Positions 39,218-49,306 of a stretch of 64,000 nt of DNA are shown here, piece by piece. The first letter of the stretch is position 1. Each line of letters begins with the position of its first letter. The notes under the pieces were generated by a model. The model was given only the letters and a program-made list of their open reading frames with translations. It was not told the DNA's origin and did not search any database. Source of the stretch: Bacteroidota bacterium (GTDB lineage Bacteria > Bacteroidota > Bacteroidia > AKYH767-A > 2013-40CM-41-45); the NCBI GenBank assembly GCA_031417395.1, contig JANOVM010000039.1, forward strand, positions 5,413-69,412. Direction: 5' to 3'. The translations under genes were made by a program, and so were the position numbers.

Positions 39218-41911
39218 ATGAAAAAAACAATAAAGTTAATTGTTAATATTATTTTGTTATTGACCTTGAATACTCATATTCTTGCTCAAGTAAATGTTGC
39301 AAGTTCGACTTATAGTGGAGTTGGTTATATTGGTTGGAGTACAGCTGGTGGGGCAGTACCTTTTCAAATTGCAGGTACGCAATATATGACTCTGACAACG
39401 GGTGGATTATTTGGAATAGGAACATCCTTTTCTCCAAATTATAAATTAGATATTGATGCAGGAGACATTAATATCAATACTCCAACAAATGGATTGCGGT
39501 TAGGCTCTACAGCTTTGGGCTCTCAATTTATTTTGAGAAATAATGATATCTATAGCAGCATTTACCTTGGAGTTTTTTCAGGGAATACAAATACCTCTGA
39601 TCACAATAATACATTCGTCGGGTATGCGACAGGCTATAATACTGGAAACACTATAGCGGGTAGTAATAATGAGGGAAGTTTAAATACCTTCGTTGGAAGC
39701 TAGGCCGGATATTCAAATGATGAGGGAAGGGAAAATTCCTTCTTCGGGTATGAATCCGGTTATTATAATACGGGAAGTCCAACAAGCGGTTATCATAATA
39801 CGTTTCTAGGAGCCTATGCGGGTCACGAAAATGTTGATGGAAAATCAAGTACATATATTGGCTGGAGGGCAGGTTACACTAATCTCGGAGACTTTAATAC
39901 AATGTCAGGCAGAGCAGCGGGAGGAAGTTCATACGGAAATGACAACTGTTATTATGGAAAAGATGCTGCACAATCAATCGATGGATCAAACAATTGTTAT
40001 TATGGTTCACACGCTGGAGATGATGTGGTTGCTGCGGGTAATAATGCTGCTTATGGATGGGAGTCTGGTCGTGAGTTTGAAGGTGATGGTAACTCATTCT
40101 TTGGTTTAAGTTCTGGAAGAGGCGGAGGTTTAGCCACACTTCAAGGGAATAATAATAGTTTTTTTGGAATTTACTCAGGCAGAGGAGATGGCATTGGTGG
40201 CAGTCCGCCGACTTCACTTAATAATAGCGGAGCATTTGGAGCTAATGCAAAAGTTAATTTAGACAATAAAATAATTATTGGAACTAATATTGGCACCAAT
40301 AACGAGCATGTCAATGTAGGCATCGGACTTTCTGATGATCAAGTTTACGGAGGACCACGCAGCGAGTTAGAACTTAATACTGATCCAGCAATGTCAGTTT
40401 CTGGTACGACTGGAAGCGGATTGCAATTTCGACAATTAATTTCAACTTCTCCGTTAAATATAAATACTTACATATCACCATACGGAAAAGTCTTAACTGT
40501 TGATGGTAATGGAGTCGTTAAGTTAACAGACCAAGAGAGATACGTAGGATTTGGAGATTGCACTGCTGGGGGATTTAGCGTAGGATATGATTTAGGAATG
40601 ACCCTGAATGATAAAAAATTATACTTTGAAGGACAAGGGTTTTCAGGGAATGATTTTGACATGTATAATGCAATTGGAATTGGTTATCCTTGTTCAACTG
40701 GATTACCTGGAAAACTTAGTGTTGATCAAACTTATACAAGTGATGTGGATCATTATACTTTAGCAGGCTATTTTCATAACGGTGATCAAGCAAGTAATGC
40801 CGGAAACGATTTTGGAAAAATCGGTTTATGGGCTGCAAGCGATGGCTACTTTAAAGGTGATGAAGGGTTAGACTTAGTTAATATTGGAGGTGACTTTACT
40901 GCAACAAATTCAGAAATTTTCAATATTGGGGTTAGAGGTCGTTCTGGAGTTAGTACATCGGGAGGAGACCCTACAACATTCGGTCAATATGGTTATGGTG
41001 GTTTTTTTACAGCTATGGGTTCTGGCGGATATAATATTGGTGTATTTGCTGCTACAAATGGTTATGCTTATGCTAATTATGGAATATATGCATCTGCGCC
41101 AGCAGGCACTTGTACAACAGGGACTTGCTATGATGCAGCAGGATACTTTAACGGAGATATCTATACCACTGGATCTCAACTATGGACTTCATCAGATCAA
41201 AATCTAAAAGACAATATACAGCCATTACAGAATTCGTTGGCAATAATTAATCAACTTAATCCGAAAACTTATACATTTCGCACCAATCAATTTAAGAATA
41301 TGAATTTACCTTCTGGTCAGCAGCAGGGATTAATTGCCCAGGAAGTGCAAAGTATTTTACCGAATCTGGTTAAACCTTTTATAGCCGTACCTATTATTGA
41401 TAGTCTTGGCAACTTGGATACCACTGGTTGTAGTGACCCTCACTTCGCAATAAGTTATCTTGGGTTAATTCCATATTTAATTGGTGCAGTAAAGGAGCAA
41501 AAATCAATAATTGATTCACTCAAAACAAATTTAATGCAGGTACAGTCTCAAATAAATCAATGCTGTGGAACAACAGGATCATTATTGAGATTTGGAAACG
41601 ATAACAATAGAAACGGATCAGTAATTGATGTTACATTAACGGATGTGACTACAATAATTTTGAATCAAAATACTCCTAACCCGTTTAGCGAAGAAACTTT
41701 TATTAATTACACAGTTCCAAAAGAAGTTTCTAAAGCAATCATTATGATTTACGATAACTCCGGTCAGGTTTTAAAAACAGTAACCATTTCAGAACGTGGT
41801 GAAGGAAGCTTGCATGTTTATTCAGAAAAGTTAAGCAGTGGAATTTATTCTTATAGTTTAATTGCTGATGGTAAAACTATTGATACGAAACAGATGGTTT
41901 GTCAGAAATAA
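39218..41911 (+). pseudogene. Tail-fibre-like T9SS cargo gene interrupted by a single in-frame amber codon (TAG at 39701–39703). The track shows it as ORFs 39218–39703 and 39902–41911, which are in the same frame.
   Basis: Both ORFs are in frame (39218 ≡ 39902 mod 3). The 'N(T/S)F(V/F/L)G(Y/A)xxGY' repeat pattern runs uninterrupted through the TAG. The C-terminal 'peptidase S74/intramolecular chaperone'-like tail-fibre domain ('SSDQNLKDNIQPL…LIAQEVQSILPNLV…AISYLGLIPYLIGAVKEQ') and the type-A CTD 'TPNPFSEETFINY…GIYSYSL' follow. Confidence 0.6.
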
Positions 41912-41970
41912 ATAAACGAACAAAATTTAACTTGTGGGGAAGAAATCGCAAAGCATTGATTGGAACCTAA

Positions 41971-42552
41971 CTATTTCCCCAATTGCTTAAGCACATACTT
42001 CCCCACAATATCAAATTCAACATTCACAGCATCACCGATTTTTAAAAATTTAAAATTAGTATTTTCCCATGTGTAGGGAATAATAGCAACTGAAAAATTA
42101 TTTTTACCTGAATCAACAACAGTAAGGCTTACACCATTTATACAGACAGATCCTTTTTCTACAGTAGTGTATTGACTTGGTTCATATCGGAAGTAATAGC
42201 GCCAGCTGCCTTCGAGCGTTTCAATTTTTTCAACAGTTGCTACCTGGTCAACATGTCCCTGAACAATATGCCCGTCGAGGCGGTCGTTTAATTTTAATGA
42301 ACGTTCGAGATTGATTGTGTCGCCAATTTTCACAGCAGAAAAATTCGAACGGATTAAAGTTTCTTCTATAGCAATAACTTCATATATTTTTTCTTTGATT
42401 GCAATGACTGTAAGACACACACCATTGTGTGCTACGCTCTGATCAACCTTCAACTCCTGCGTAAACGGACATTCAATACTAAAACGGATATTACTGCCTT
42501 CTTTCGAAATGCCTACAACTTTGCCCGTACTTTCAATAATTCCTGTGAACAA
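41971..42552 (-). CDS. ribE: Riboflavin synthase (α subunit)
   Basis: 'MFTGIIE…G…' N-terminus and the internally duplicated lumazine-binding half-domains 'NGVCLTV' / 'NGVSLTV'. 193 aa. Confidence 0.85.
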   Translation of the reverse strand: MFTGIIESTGKVVGISKEGSNIRFSIECPFTQELKVDQSVAHNGVCLTVIAIKEKIYEVIAIEETLIRSNFSAVKIGDTINLERSLKLNDRLDGHIVQGHVDQVATVEKIETLEGSWRYYFRYEPSQYTTVEKGSVCINGVSLTVVDSGKNNFSVAIIPYTWENTNFKFLKIGDAVNVEFDIVGKYVLKQLGK

Positions 42553-42615
42553 ATTTAACGATATTTTGTCCCTAACGGGACGGTTCGAAAATAACGCTCT
42601 GATAGTTAAGGATAA

Positions 42616-42631
42616 GCTAGCTAGCTAGCTA
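42616..42631. repeat. (GCTA)4 / (CTAG) tetranucleotide microsatellite with stop codons in all six frames
   Basis: The literal 'gctagctagctagcta' lies between the metF stop and the ribE start. Confidence 0.9.
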
Positions 42632-42675
42632 TCCGATTGCTATCGGATTACTTAATATACCTTTCTTGCAATTCG
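42631..42675. repeat. Palindromic intergenic element ATCCGATTGCTATCGGAT + 'TACTTAATATACC…CAATTCG', copy 2 of 3
   Basis: 7-bp inverted repeat with a 4-nt spacer, 3 nt after the metF stop. The flanking 'TTAATA(T)ACCTT…CAATT' block is shared with the copy at 37910–37946. Confidence 0.6.
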
Positions 42676-43608
42676 ACAAGTCAAATCAGCATTTCCCATT
42701 GTATAGTAATGTAGGCAGGGGACGCCGGCTTTTTTTAATTCAAGGGATTGTTGAATGCACCATTCAATTCCAACTTCTTTTACTTCTTTATCGGTAGGGC
42801 ATTTGTCAATGGCATCAGCGAGTTCTTCAGGAATGTCGACATGAAAAACTTTTGGCAGGGTAGTGCATTGTTTGCGTGTTACGACAGGTTTCAAGCCGGG
42901 AATGATGGGAACAGTTATGCCTGCTTCTTTGCATTTATCTACAAATTCGAAATACTTTTTATTGTCGAAAAACATTTGCGTGACAATGTACTCTCCGCCT
43001 GCATCAATTTTAGCTTTCAGGAATTTCAAATCTGTTTTCATATTAGGTGCTTCGAAATGTTTTTCAGGATATCCTGCCACGCCGATACAGAAATTGGAAG
43101 GAGCCACTTCCTGCAATTCTTCATCGAGATACATCCCTTTATTCATATTTGTTACCTGTGTAACGAGATCAAGAGCGAATTTATGTCCCTTCGGGTGTGA
43201 CTCGAAGACAGGTTCCGATTTAATGGCATCGCCGCGAAGCAAAAGCAAATTGTCAATTCCCAAGTAACTAAGCTCGATGAGGGCATTTTCCGTTTCTTCT
43301 TTAGAAAAACCACCGCATATCATGTGTGGTACAGGATCTACATTGTAATGACTCACAATAGCAGCACAAATGCTAACAGTTCCGGGGCGTTTTCGTATTG
43401 AAAATTTTTCCAGCAAACCATTGTCTCTTTTTTTGTAAACATATTCTTCCCTGTGGTACGTAACATCTACAAAGGATGGCTTGAATTCCATAATAGGATC
43501 CAGGATGTCGTAAATGCTTTGAATGCTTTTTCCTTTCAGCGGAGGCAGAATCTCAACTGAAAATAATGTTTTGCCATTTGAATTACGGAGATGTTCGACT
43601 ACTTTCAT
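42652..43608 (-). CDS. metF: 5,10-methylenetetrahydrofolate reductase. The ORF extends to 43674, but the Met at 43608 ('MKVVEHLRN') is the more likely start.
   Basis: 'TLFSVEILPP…' FAD-binding TIM-barrel blocks. ~318 aa, MetF-like collinearity. Confidence 0.8.
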   Translation of the reverse strand: MKVVEHLRNSNGKTLFSVEILPPLKGKSIQSIYDILDPIMEFKPSFVDVTYHREEYVYKKRDNGLLEKFSIRKRPGTVSICAAIVSHYNVDPVPHMICGGFSKEETENALIELSYLGIDNLLLLRGDAIKSEPVFESHPKGHKFALDLVTQVTNMNKGMYLDEELQEVAPSNFCIGVAGYPEKHFEAPNMKTDLKFLKAKIDAGGEYIVTQMFFDNKKYFEFVDKCKEAGITVPIIPGLKPVVTRKQCTTLPKVFHVDIPEELADAIDKCPTDKEVKEVGIEWCIQQSLELKKAGVPCLHYYTMGNADLTCRIARKVY

Positions 43609-43718
43609 AAGTATAATTGAACTGCAAAGTTGATATTTTTTTGCAAATAAAGGGCAAAATATTTTTTTTATCAAGAGTGTTTTAGTGATTGAATTTTCTT
43701 CCTACATTTGGCGTCTAA

Positions 43719-43739
43719 GCAATCTATTAAAAAGATTGC
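43719..43739. promoter_or_regulatory. Candidate operator palindrome GCAATCT-N7-AGATTGC, followed by a canonical SD (AGGAGG, 43751–43756), upstream of the XRE–S24 repressor gene
   Basis: Perfect 7-bp inverted repeat 24 nt upstream of the ATG at 43763, in the metF/repressor divergent intergenic region. Confidence 0.35.
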
Positions 43740-43762
43740 AATATAATCAAAGGAGGCAAACT

Positions 43763-44563
43763 ATGTATTTCAGCAGCAACATTAAATTATTGCGCAACCG
43801 CCGCAAACGCACCCAGGACCTGGTTGCAGGCGAGCTTGGCATGAGCCGTTCAACGCTTAACAGCTATGAGAACGGCAGCATTAAGAATCCCACCCTCGAT
43901 GCGCTAATGGTTTTTTCAAAGTACTTCAGACTGTCTATTGATACCATGGTAAAGGTTGATCTTTCAAAGTTGTCGGATTTTCAGATGTCTGAACTGGAGA
44001 GAGGCAATGATGTATATGTAACAGGTTCGCGCTTGCGTGTTATTGCCACTACCGTTGATTCTCAGAACAGGGAGAACATTGAAGTCGTTCCTCTTAAAGC
44101 AAAAGCCGGCTATAAAAACGGTTTCGCTGATCCTGAATTTATTAAAAAGCTTCCCACTTTTCAGCTTCCGTTGCTACTGAGCGACCGCAAATACAGAATG
44201 TTTCAGATCAGCGGCGATTCGATGCTTCCTATTCCTGATAAATCATGGATCATAGCCGAATATCTTGAAAACTGGTATGATGTTAAAGACGGCGAAGCGT
44301 ACATTGTTCTCACCCAGGAAGAAGGTCTTGTTTTTAAGATTGCTTACAACCAGCTGAAAAAGAAAAAGAATCTTCTTTTGAAATCGCTTAATTCAATCTA
44401 TGAACCTTATGAATTACACCTCGGTGAAATCCGCGAGGTCTGGAAGTTTTGCAATTACCTGAGCAGCGAAATTCCCGATAATACATTTTCCAAAGATGAC
44501 CTGCTTTCCAAAATCATGCACCTCGAAAAAGAAGTGAAAGGCATACGGGAAGCAATCGGATAA
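43763..44563 (+). CDS. XRE-family HTH + S24 (LexA/cI-type) self-cleaving repressor-like protein. The ORF is open from 43685; start at 43763 is preferred.
   Basis: N-terminal HTH 'RKRTQDLVAGELGMSRSTLNSYENG'. C-terminal S24 serine motif 'ISGDSMLP' with a downstream Lys region. Confidence 0.75.
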   Translation: MYFSSNIKLLRNRRKRTQDLVAGELGMSRSTLNSYENGSIKNPTLDALMVFSKYFRLSIDTMVKVDLSKLSDFQMSELERGNDVYVTGSRLRVIATTVDSQNRENIEVVPLKAKAGYKNGFADPEFIKKLPTFQLPLLLSDRKYRMFQISGDSMLPIPDKSWIIAEYLENWYDVKDGEAYIVLTQEEGLVFKIAYNQLKKKKNLLLKSLNSIYEPYELHLGEIREVWKFCNYLSSEIPDNTFSKDDLLSKIMHLEKEVKGIREAIG

Positions 44564-44599
44564 AACAGTAATTTGTTTCTGAATACAAATTTCCGGAAT

Positions 44600-44641
44600 A
44601 GTACCTAAAAGCCTGCTGCGTAGGCTGGTTTTTTAGGTACT
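44600..44641 (+). terminator. Strong hairpin terminator after the repressor gene
   Basis: AGTACCTAAAA…(inner AGCCT-gctgcgt-AGGCT)…TTTTAGGTACT, an 11-bp outer stem. Confidence 0.65.
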
Positions 44642-44910
44642 GCATTCTTGGAATTTTGTTGCAGCTGTTGGTGTTTACCGGTTTTATACAAAGCGGAGGT
44701 TCGTATTATGATTTTTGTATTGCCACGAATGCACGAATATTGTTGTGCATTTGTGGTAATTTGGCTTAAATGCTTTATTGTTTGGTGAATCGAAATTCTT
44801 ATAGATTAGAATAGTATTTAGTCTGCGAAATGAAGGAATAAGCTGGTCAATGACTATTGTTAAAAATAAAGAGTTAACTTTATCGTTTTAATAGTATAAA
44901 TTTTTATCCC

Positions 44911-47001
44911 ATGAACTTTCGTAATTTCATAATTATAACTTTTTTATTAATCAACTTTAAAGTAAATGCTCAATTTTGGAATGAGTATACCAATAACCCG
45001 GAAGTAATATTATTAGACTGTACTTTTCCTGACAGCCTAAATTTTAAGGGAATTAATGAATATAAATTTCTAAAGACAGGTGATGGAGGTATAAATTGGA
45101 CAATTACAAATTTACCTATAAAATCCTCTGCTATATTTTTTATTGATTCACTTAATGGATGGCTCAGTTGTGATTCAGCTCGCATTTTACATACAACTGA
45201 TGGTGGAATTTCCTGGATACAACAACAACTCCCGGTAATATCATCTACTATTACTTCCGATATATCAAATTTGCAATTTATCAATATTAATGTAGGATTT
45301 GGTTTATTTGGTAATCAATTTGTATTTACCGGCAATGGAGGAAATAGCTGGACAAGCATTCCTACTGGATTCACACCATACTATACGAATATAGTAGGAA
45401 TGAAATTTATTGATACACTGCACGGTTGGGCATTTTATCGGGGAGACACAGCAATTTATAAGACAGTAGACGGAGGACTTTCCTGGAATAAATATTTCCT
45501 TCCTTCAAAGTTTAGTGCATATAGTACTTTTGATTTTGTTGATTCTTTGCATGGTTGGATTTGTACGGAAAACAACTACAAATATCAAATTTTGAATACT
45601 AACGATGGTGGTATTACATGGCAAATTCCTCCTTTTGAAATAAATGCAGGCAAAATTAAATTTAGAGATTCATTAGTTGGATTTTTGGTAGGTCGTAATT
45701 CTATTATTAACTATACGATTGATGGAGGATTAAATTGGGTGCCGTTCAATAATAACCCACTGGTCATTTATCAAAAAATCGAAATTTTCAATGATAATAT
45801 TTTTTTCTTTGGTCAGGGGAACACTTATAAATTAACTAATTTTCAAAACTTGTCCTTAGTAACAAAGCATAATTTCTATAATGAAGCTAATCCATTTGGA
45901 CAAAGAAATAAAATTTTGAAAATGAACAATAGAAGATATGGGATCTTGATTATGGTTGAAGCATTTCATGGCGGGCCTTTTCAGGAATATATAGGGGGCT
46001 ACTCTCTTACAAATGATAGTGGCAGGACATGGCATGCAATGTCGGATCATCCTTTGAGTGACGTGGATTTTGTATCAGATAGTTTAGTTTATTTTACTGT
46101 AAGACTAGTAAACTCTTGGTCCGTACATAAATCGAATGATTTATTTAAAACCGTGCAAAACATTGGTACTACCTATGGTCAAGCAATAAACTTTACCGAT
46201 TCATTACATGGGGTTCGTTCTGATGCATATACAGTTGACGGTGGAGTGACTTGGTTGCCGAATACTATAAATGGTGTGAGCTCACCTAATAATTCTTTTA
46301 ATGATTTTTATTTTATTGATCAAAATAACGGATGGGCGATAAATGGTTTGAGTGTTTTTAAAACTACTGATGCAGGTATGACATGGACTAATATTTTTAA
46401 TTCAGTCAATATAAATTATATTACTAAAATTGCATTTGCTGACAATCAGAACGGATTTATTATCTCAGGATCTAAATTATTTAAAACAACAAACGGTGGG
46501 CTTTCTTGGGATTCAGTAAATACCCAATTCTTTGTAATAGATTTTTTTTTCAAGGATTCATTGCACGGCTGGATTACAGCAACTGATTTAGCTACAATAC
46601 ATGGTTTGTTTTATACTTCTGATGGAGGACAGTCATTTGTTCAGCAAGATACTAATGCATTATCAATATTATCTTTTGTTGACAATGTTTTTGGATATGC
46701 TGCCGGTAGTAAATTTATGACATCAGATCAATCCGGACAATTTATTTCAGTCAATGAAGTTCAGGACTTAGATCAAATATTTTTATCGCCAAATCCTGCA
46801 TCAGAAACAGTTACGATACAATCTCCGAAATTAATTTTTAGTATTGATTTGTTTAATATTCAGGGCAAATTGATTTTGCGAAATAATATTCGCTCAAAAT
46901 CATATAGATTTGATACTTCACAGTTAAAAGAAGGAGTGTATATTTTCAAAATAATTTTGGAAAACAAGACAATCGAAAAAAAGTTTATCGTAATGCATTA
47001 A
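44911..47001 (+). CDS. BNR/Asp-box (Ycf48/sortilin-like) multi-blade β-propeller protein with a T9SS type-A CTD
   Basis: At least nine repeats of '(T/K)(T/V)xDGGxxW' ('TTDGGISW', 'KTVDGGLSW', 'NTNDGGITW', 'TIDGGLNW', 'TVDGGVTW', 'TTDAGMTW', 'TTNGGLSW'). C-terminal 'FLSPNPASETVTIQS…GVYIFKIIL'. Confidence 0.8.
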   Translation: MNFRNFIIITFLLINFKVNAQFWNEYTNNPEVILLDCTFPDSLNFKGINEYKFLKTGDGGINWTITNLPIKSSAIFFIDSLNGWLSCDSARILHTTDGGISWIQQQLPVISSTITSDISNLQFININVGFGLFGNQFVFTGNGGNSWTSIPTGFTPYYTNIVGMKFIDTLHGWAFYRGDTAIYKTVDGGLSWNKYFLPSKFSAYSTFDFVDSLHGWICTENNYKYQILNTNDGGITWQIPPFEINAGKIKFRDSLVGFLVGRNSIINYTIDGGLNWVPFNNNPLVIYQKIEIFNDNIFFFGQGNTYKLTNFQNLSLVTKHNFYNEANPFGQRNKILKMNNRRYGILIMVEAFHGGPFQEYIGGYSLTNDSGRTWHAMSDHPLSDVDFVSDSLVYFTVRLVNSWSVHKSNDLFKTVQNIGTTYGQAINFTDSLHGVRSDAYTVDGGVTWLPNTINGVSSPNNSFNDFYFIDQNNGWAINGLSVFKTTDAGMTWTNIFNSVNINYITKIAFADNQNGFIISGSKLFKTTNGGLSWDSVNTQFFVIDFFFKDSLHGWITATDLATIHGLFYTSDGGQSFVQQDTNALSILSFVDNVFGYAAGSKFMTSDQSGQFISVNEVQDLDQIFLSPNPASETVTIQSPKLIFSIDLFNIQGKLILRNNIRSKSYRFDTSQLKEGVYIFKIILENKTIEKKFIVMH

Positions 47002-47027
47002 TTTTTTAATTTAAATAAAAACTGCAA

Positions 47028-48320
47028 TTAATTATCTTTTTTCATCATAGAAAAATCTTCATGCCTCGAAAATTTTGCCAGCGAACGCATAGCGAAGATG
47101 ATGCTAACAACTGTTAGGAATGCCCCCATTAAAAAAGCCGCACCCGGAAAAAACATAGGAGCCTGCGGTGAAGTAAAATAAGCAAACAAATATGTCATCA
47201 TCAACGGACCAAAAATAGAGGTAACGCTGATAAGACTTGTTAATGCACCTTGCAGTTCGCCTTGTTCGTTTCGCGGAACTTGCCCCGACATTACACCCTG
47301 TAGAGCCGGACCGCAAATACCACCCAGAGAAAATGGAATAACAATAGCAAACATCATCCAACTCTGTGTTGCAAAAGCGAAACCAATAAATCCTATTGCA
47401 TATAGTGCCAGCCCAAAATAAATGGATCGCTTTTGTCCGAGTTTAGGAATAATAATGCGTATTAATAATCCCTGAACCAGAGCTATCATGATTCCAACAA
47501 AACCTAATGAATAACCAACCATCTTCTCACTCCAGCCGAACTTCTGCATGGTGTAGAATGTCCATGTGCTTTGATGGGCATGACTGGCAAGATAAATACA
47601 GATAAGAGAAACAACAAGGCTCAGTATGATTGGATATTTTCTAAAATGGTTTAGCGAACCAATTGGATTAGCTCTTTTCCATTCAAATTTACGGCGATCA
47701 CTTTCAGGCAACGATTCAGGCAAAATAAAATATCCGTAAAGCCAGTTAATTAAAGCCAGTCCTGCAGCTGCCATGAAAGGTAAGCGTTGTCCCCACTGTG
47801 AAAGTATTCCGCCGAGAACGGGACCTATAATAAAACCAATTCCAAATGCCATTCCTATAAGGCCGAAATTTTGTGCACGTTTTTCCGGCGGACTAACATC
47901 AGCAATATATGCTGCAGCTGTTGTCATGCTGGCGCCGGTTATTCCGGCAATAAGTCTTCCTATAAATAGCCAGGCAATAGTGGGAGCAAAGGCCATAAAA
48001 ATATAATCTATTCCAAAGCCGAAGAGTGAGCAAAGCAATACAGGCCGCCTTCCATATTTGTCGCTTAATCCTCCGATAATTGGAGAGAAAATAAATTGCA
48101 TAATTGCATAGGCAAATGAAAGCCACCCTGCATACGTAGAAGAAGAGCTCAGATCACCATGAACGAGATTCCCAATAAGTTTTGGTAAAACAGGAATTAT
48201 AATACCAAGCCCGATTACATCGATAAGCATGGTAATGAAAATAAATGTCAGAGCGTGATTTCGGTTCTTATTCATAAAAACGGGGAGTGCAAAGAAAGGA
48301 AGTTTATCTTCAAGAATCAA
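47028..48320 (-). CDS. MFS transporter (DHA1/tetracycline-efflux-like, 12 TM). True start possibly at the internal Met at 48275.
   Basis: MFS motif A '[14 protein letters not shown]', 12 predicted TM segments, 'GPxLGG' motif. Confidence 0.75.
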   Translation of the reverse strand: MILEDKLPFFALPVFMNKNRNHALTFIFITMLIDVIGLGIIIPVLPKLIGNLVHGDLSSSSTYAGWLSFAYAIMQFIFSPIIGGLSDKYGRRPVLLCSLFGFGIDYIFMAFAPTIAWLFIGRLIAGITGASMTTAAAYIADVSPPEKRAQNFGLIGMAFGIGFIIGPVLGGILSQWGQRLPFMAAAGLALINWLYGYFILPESLPESDRRKFEWKRANPIGSLNHFRKYPIILSLVVSLICIYLASHAHQSTWTFYTMQKFGWSEKMVGYSLGFVGIMIALVQGLLIRIIIPKLGQKRSIYFGLALYAIGFIGFAFATQSWMMFAIVIPFSLGGICGPALQGVMSGQVPRNEQGELQGALTSLISVTSIFGPLMMTYLFAYFTSPQAPMFFPGAAFLMGAFLTVVSIIFAMRSLAKFSRHEDFSMMKKDN

Positions 48321-48676
48321 ATATTGTTGAATCGAAGCGATTTTTAAATGAACGTATCGCTAATGATGAGTCTGTCATTTATATTGCCATGGAAGAAAAT
48401 GAAAACCTATCAGCTTTTGTTCAGCTTTATCCATTTTTCACTTCTGTAGGCATGAAAAGAAGCTGGCTGCTGAATGATCTTTTTGTTATGGAAGAATTTA
48501 GAAATAAAGGTTTAGCCAAAAAACTAATTGAACAATGCAAACTACTTGCTCAGGAAACACATGCTAATGGACTTTTACTGGAAACTTCCATTAATAATGA
48601 GGAAGGGAATAAATTATATCCCTCCATAGGATTTAATCTTGTAAACGAATCAAATTTTTATTTTTGGAAAGCATAA
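48287..48676 (+). CDS. GNAT-family N-acetyltransferase (short; its 5' end overlaps the divergent MFS gene)
   Basis: Motif A region '[19 protein letters not shown]' and downstream 'GFNLVNE'. Confidence 0.55.
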   Translation: MQRKEVYLQESNIVESKRFLNERIANDESVIYIAMEENENLSAFVQLYPFFTSVGMKRSWLLNDLFVMEEFRNKGLAKKLIEQCKLLAQETHANGLLLETSINNEEGNKLYPSIGFNLVNESNFYFWKA

Positions 48677-48756
48677 ATGTCGTTGAGTCTATTTTCAAAT
48701 CGATTCGCATTTATTTGCTAATTTCGGATTAACATTCTCAAATTTTCAAATTAACG

Positions 48757-48776
48757 ATCCGTTAGCTATCGGATTA
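48757..48776. repeat. Degenerate third copy of the ATCCG…CGGAT palindrome (shares the 12-mer GCTATCGGATTA with copy 2), abutting the stop codon of the DinB-like gene
   Basis: ATCCG-ttagctat-CGGAT. The 12-mer 'gctatcggatta' is identical to 42639–42650. Confidence 0.4.
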
Positions 48777-49274
48777 TTTCATCGGTTCCATTCCCCACTG
48801 CGCCCATTCTTCTTTCGTCGGACCGTACACACCGATAACAGGCAGGTTGAGCATGCGCATTACAACAATCATTTCAGCCCTGTGATGTGCCTGGTGGCGC
48901 ACAAGGGTTGTTAGGGTTTGTCCGCGTTTCCACATTTCTCCATACATGTCATCAAGTAATTCGAGTTCTTTGTCTGTCCATTTGGCTTTTACAACTTCTG
49001 CTACAGAGAGGGCTCCTTTTTCGTAAATATCACAAAGTTCTTTTACGGATTCTCCATTGTAATCCAGTTGTTCCCTGACGCTTACTTTCAACCCAACACG
49101 AAGCAGCATTTCCTGCATGGTATGAATAAGATGCCAGCTTAGGAATCCCAATGAACGTACATTCGGATGTATTGTTTTTTTAAGTGAGTCATCTTTAAGG
49201 TTCCTGAACAATTTCAGGGTGGCGCCGCTTTCGTATTCCCAGTCGCTTAAAAAATCGGAGATATGATGGTACAT
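48774..49274 (-). CDS. DinB/YfiT-like (DinB_2) four-helix-bundle metalloprotein
   Basis: 166 aa. Conserved His positions ('WHLIHT', 'HHRAEMI') typical of the DinB_2 superfamily. Weakly diagnostic. Confidence 0.45.
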   Translation of the reverse strand: MYHHISDFLSDWEYESGATLKLFRNLKDDSLKKTIHPNVRSLGFLSWHLIHTMQEMLLRVGLKVSVREQLDYNGESVKELCDIYEKGALSVAEVVKAKWTDKELELLDDMYGEMWKRGQTLTTLVRHQAHHRAEMIVVMRMLNLPVIGVYGPTKEEWAQWGMEPMK

Positions 49275-49306
49275 AATAGATGTTTTAACAAATATAAGAA
49301 ATCACT

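Noticed and set aside
39704-39901. Possibility that 39218–39703 and 39902–41911 are two independent genes
   Set aside because: They are in the same frame with a continuous repeat pattern across the junction. The second ORF's 'start' Met lies inside a repeat and has no signal peptide, whereas the first ORF supplies the signal peptide and the second supplies the CTD.
42652-43674. Extended N-terminus (22 aa) of the metF ORF
   Set aside because: The extension 'MIKKIFCPLFAKKYQLCSSIIL' is not conserved-looking. MetF homologues begin near 'MKVVEHL', so the start at 43608 is preferred.
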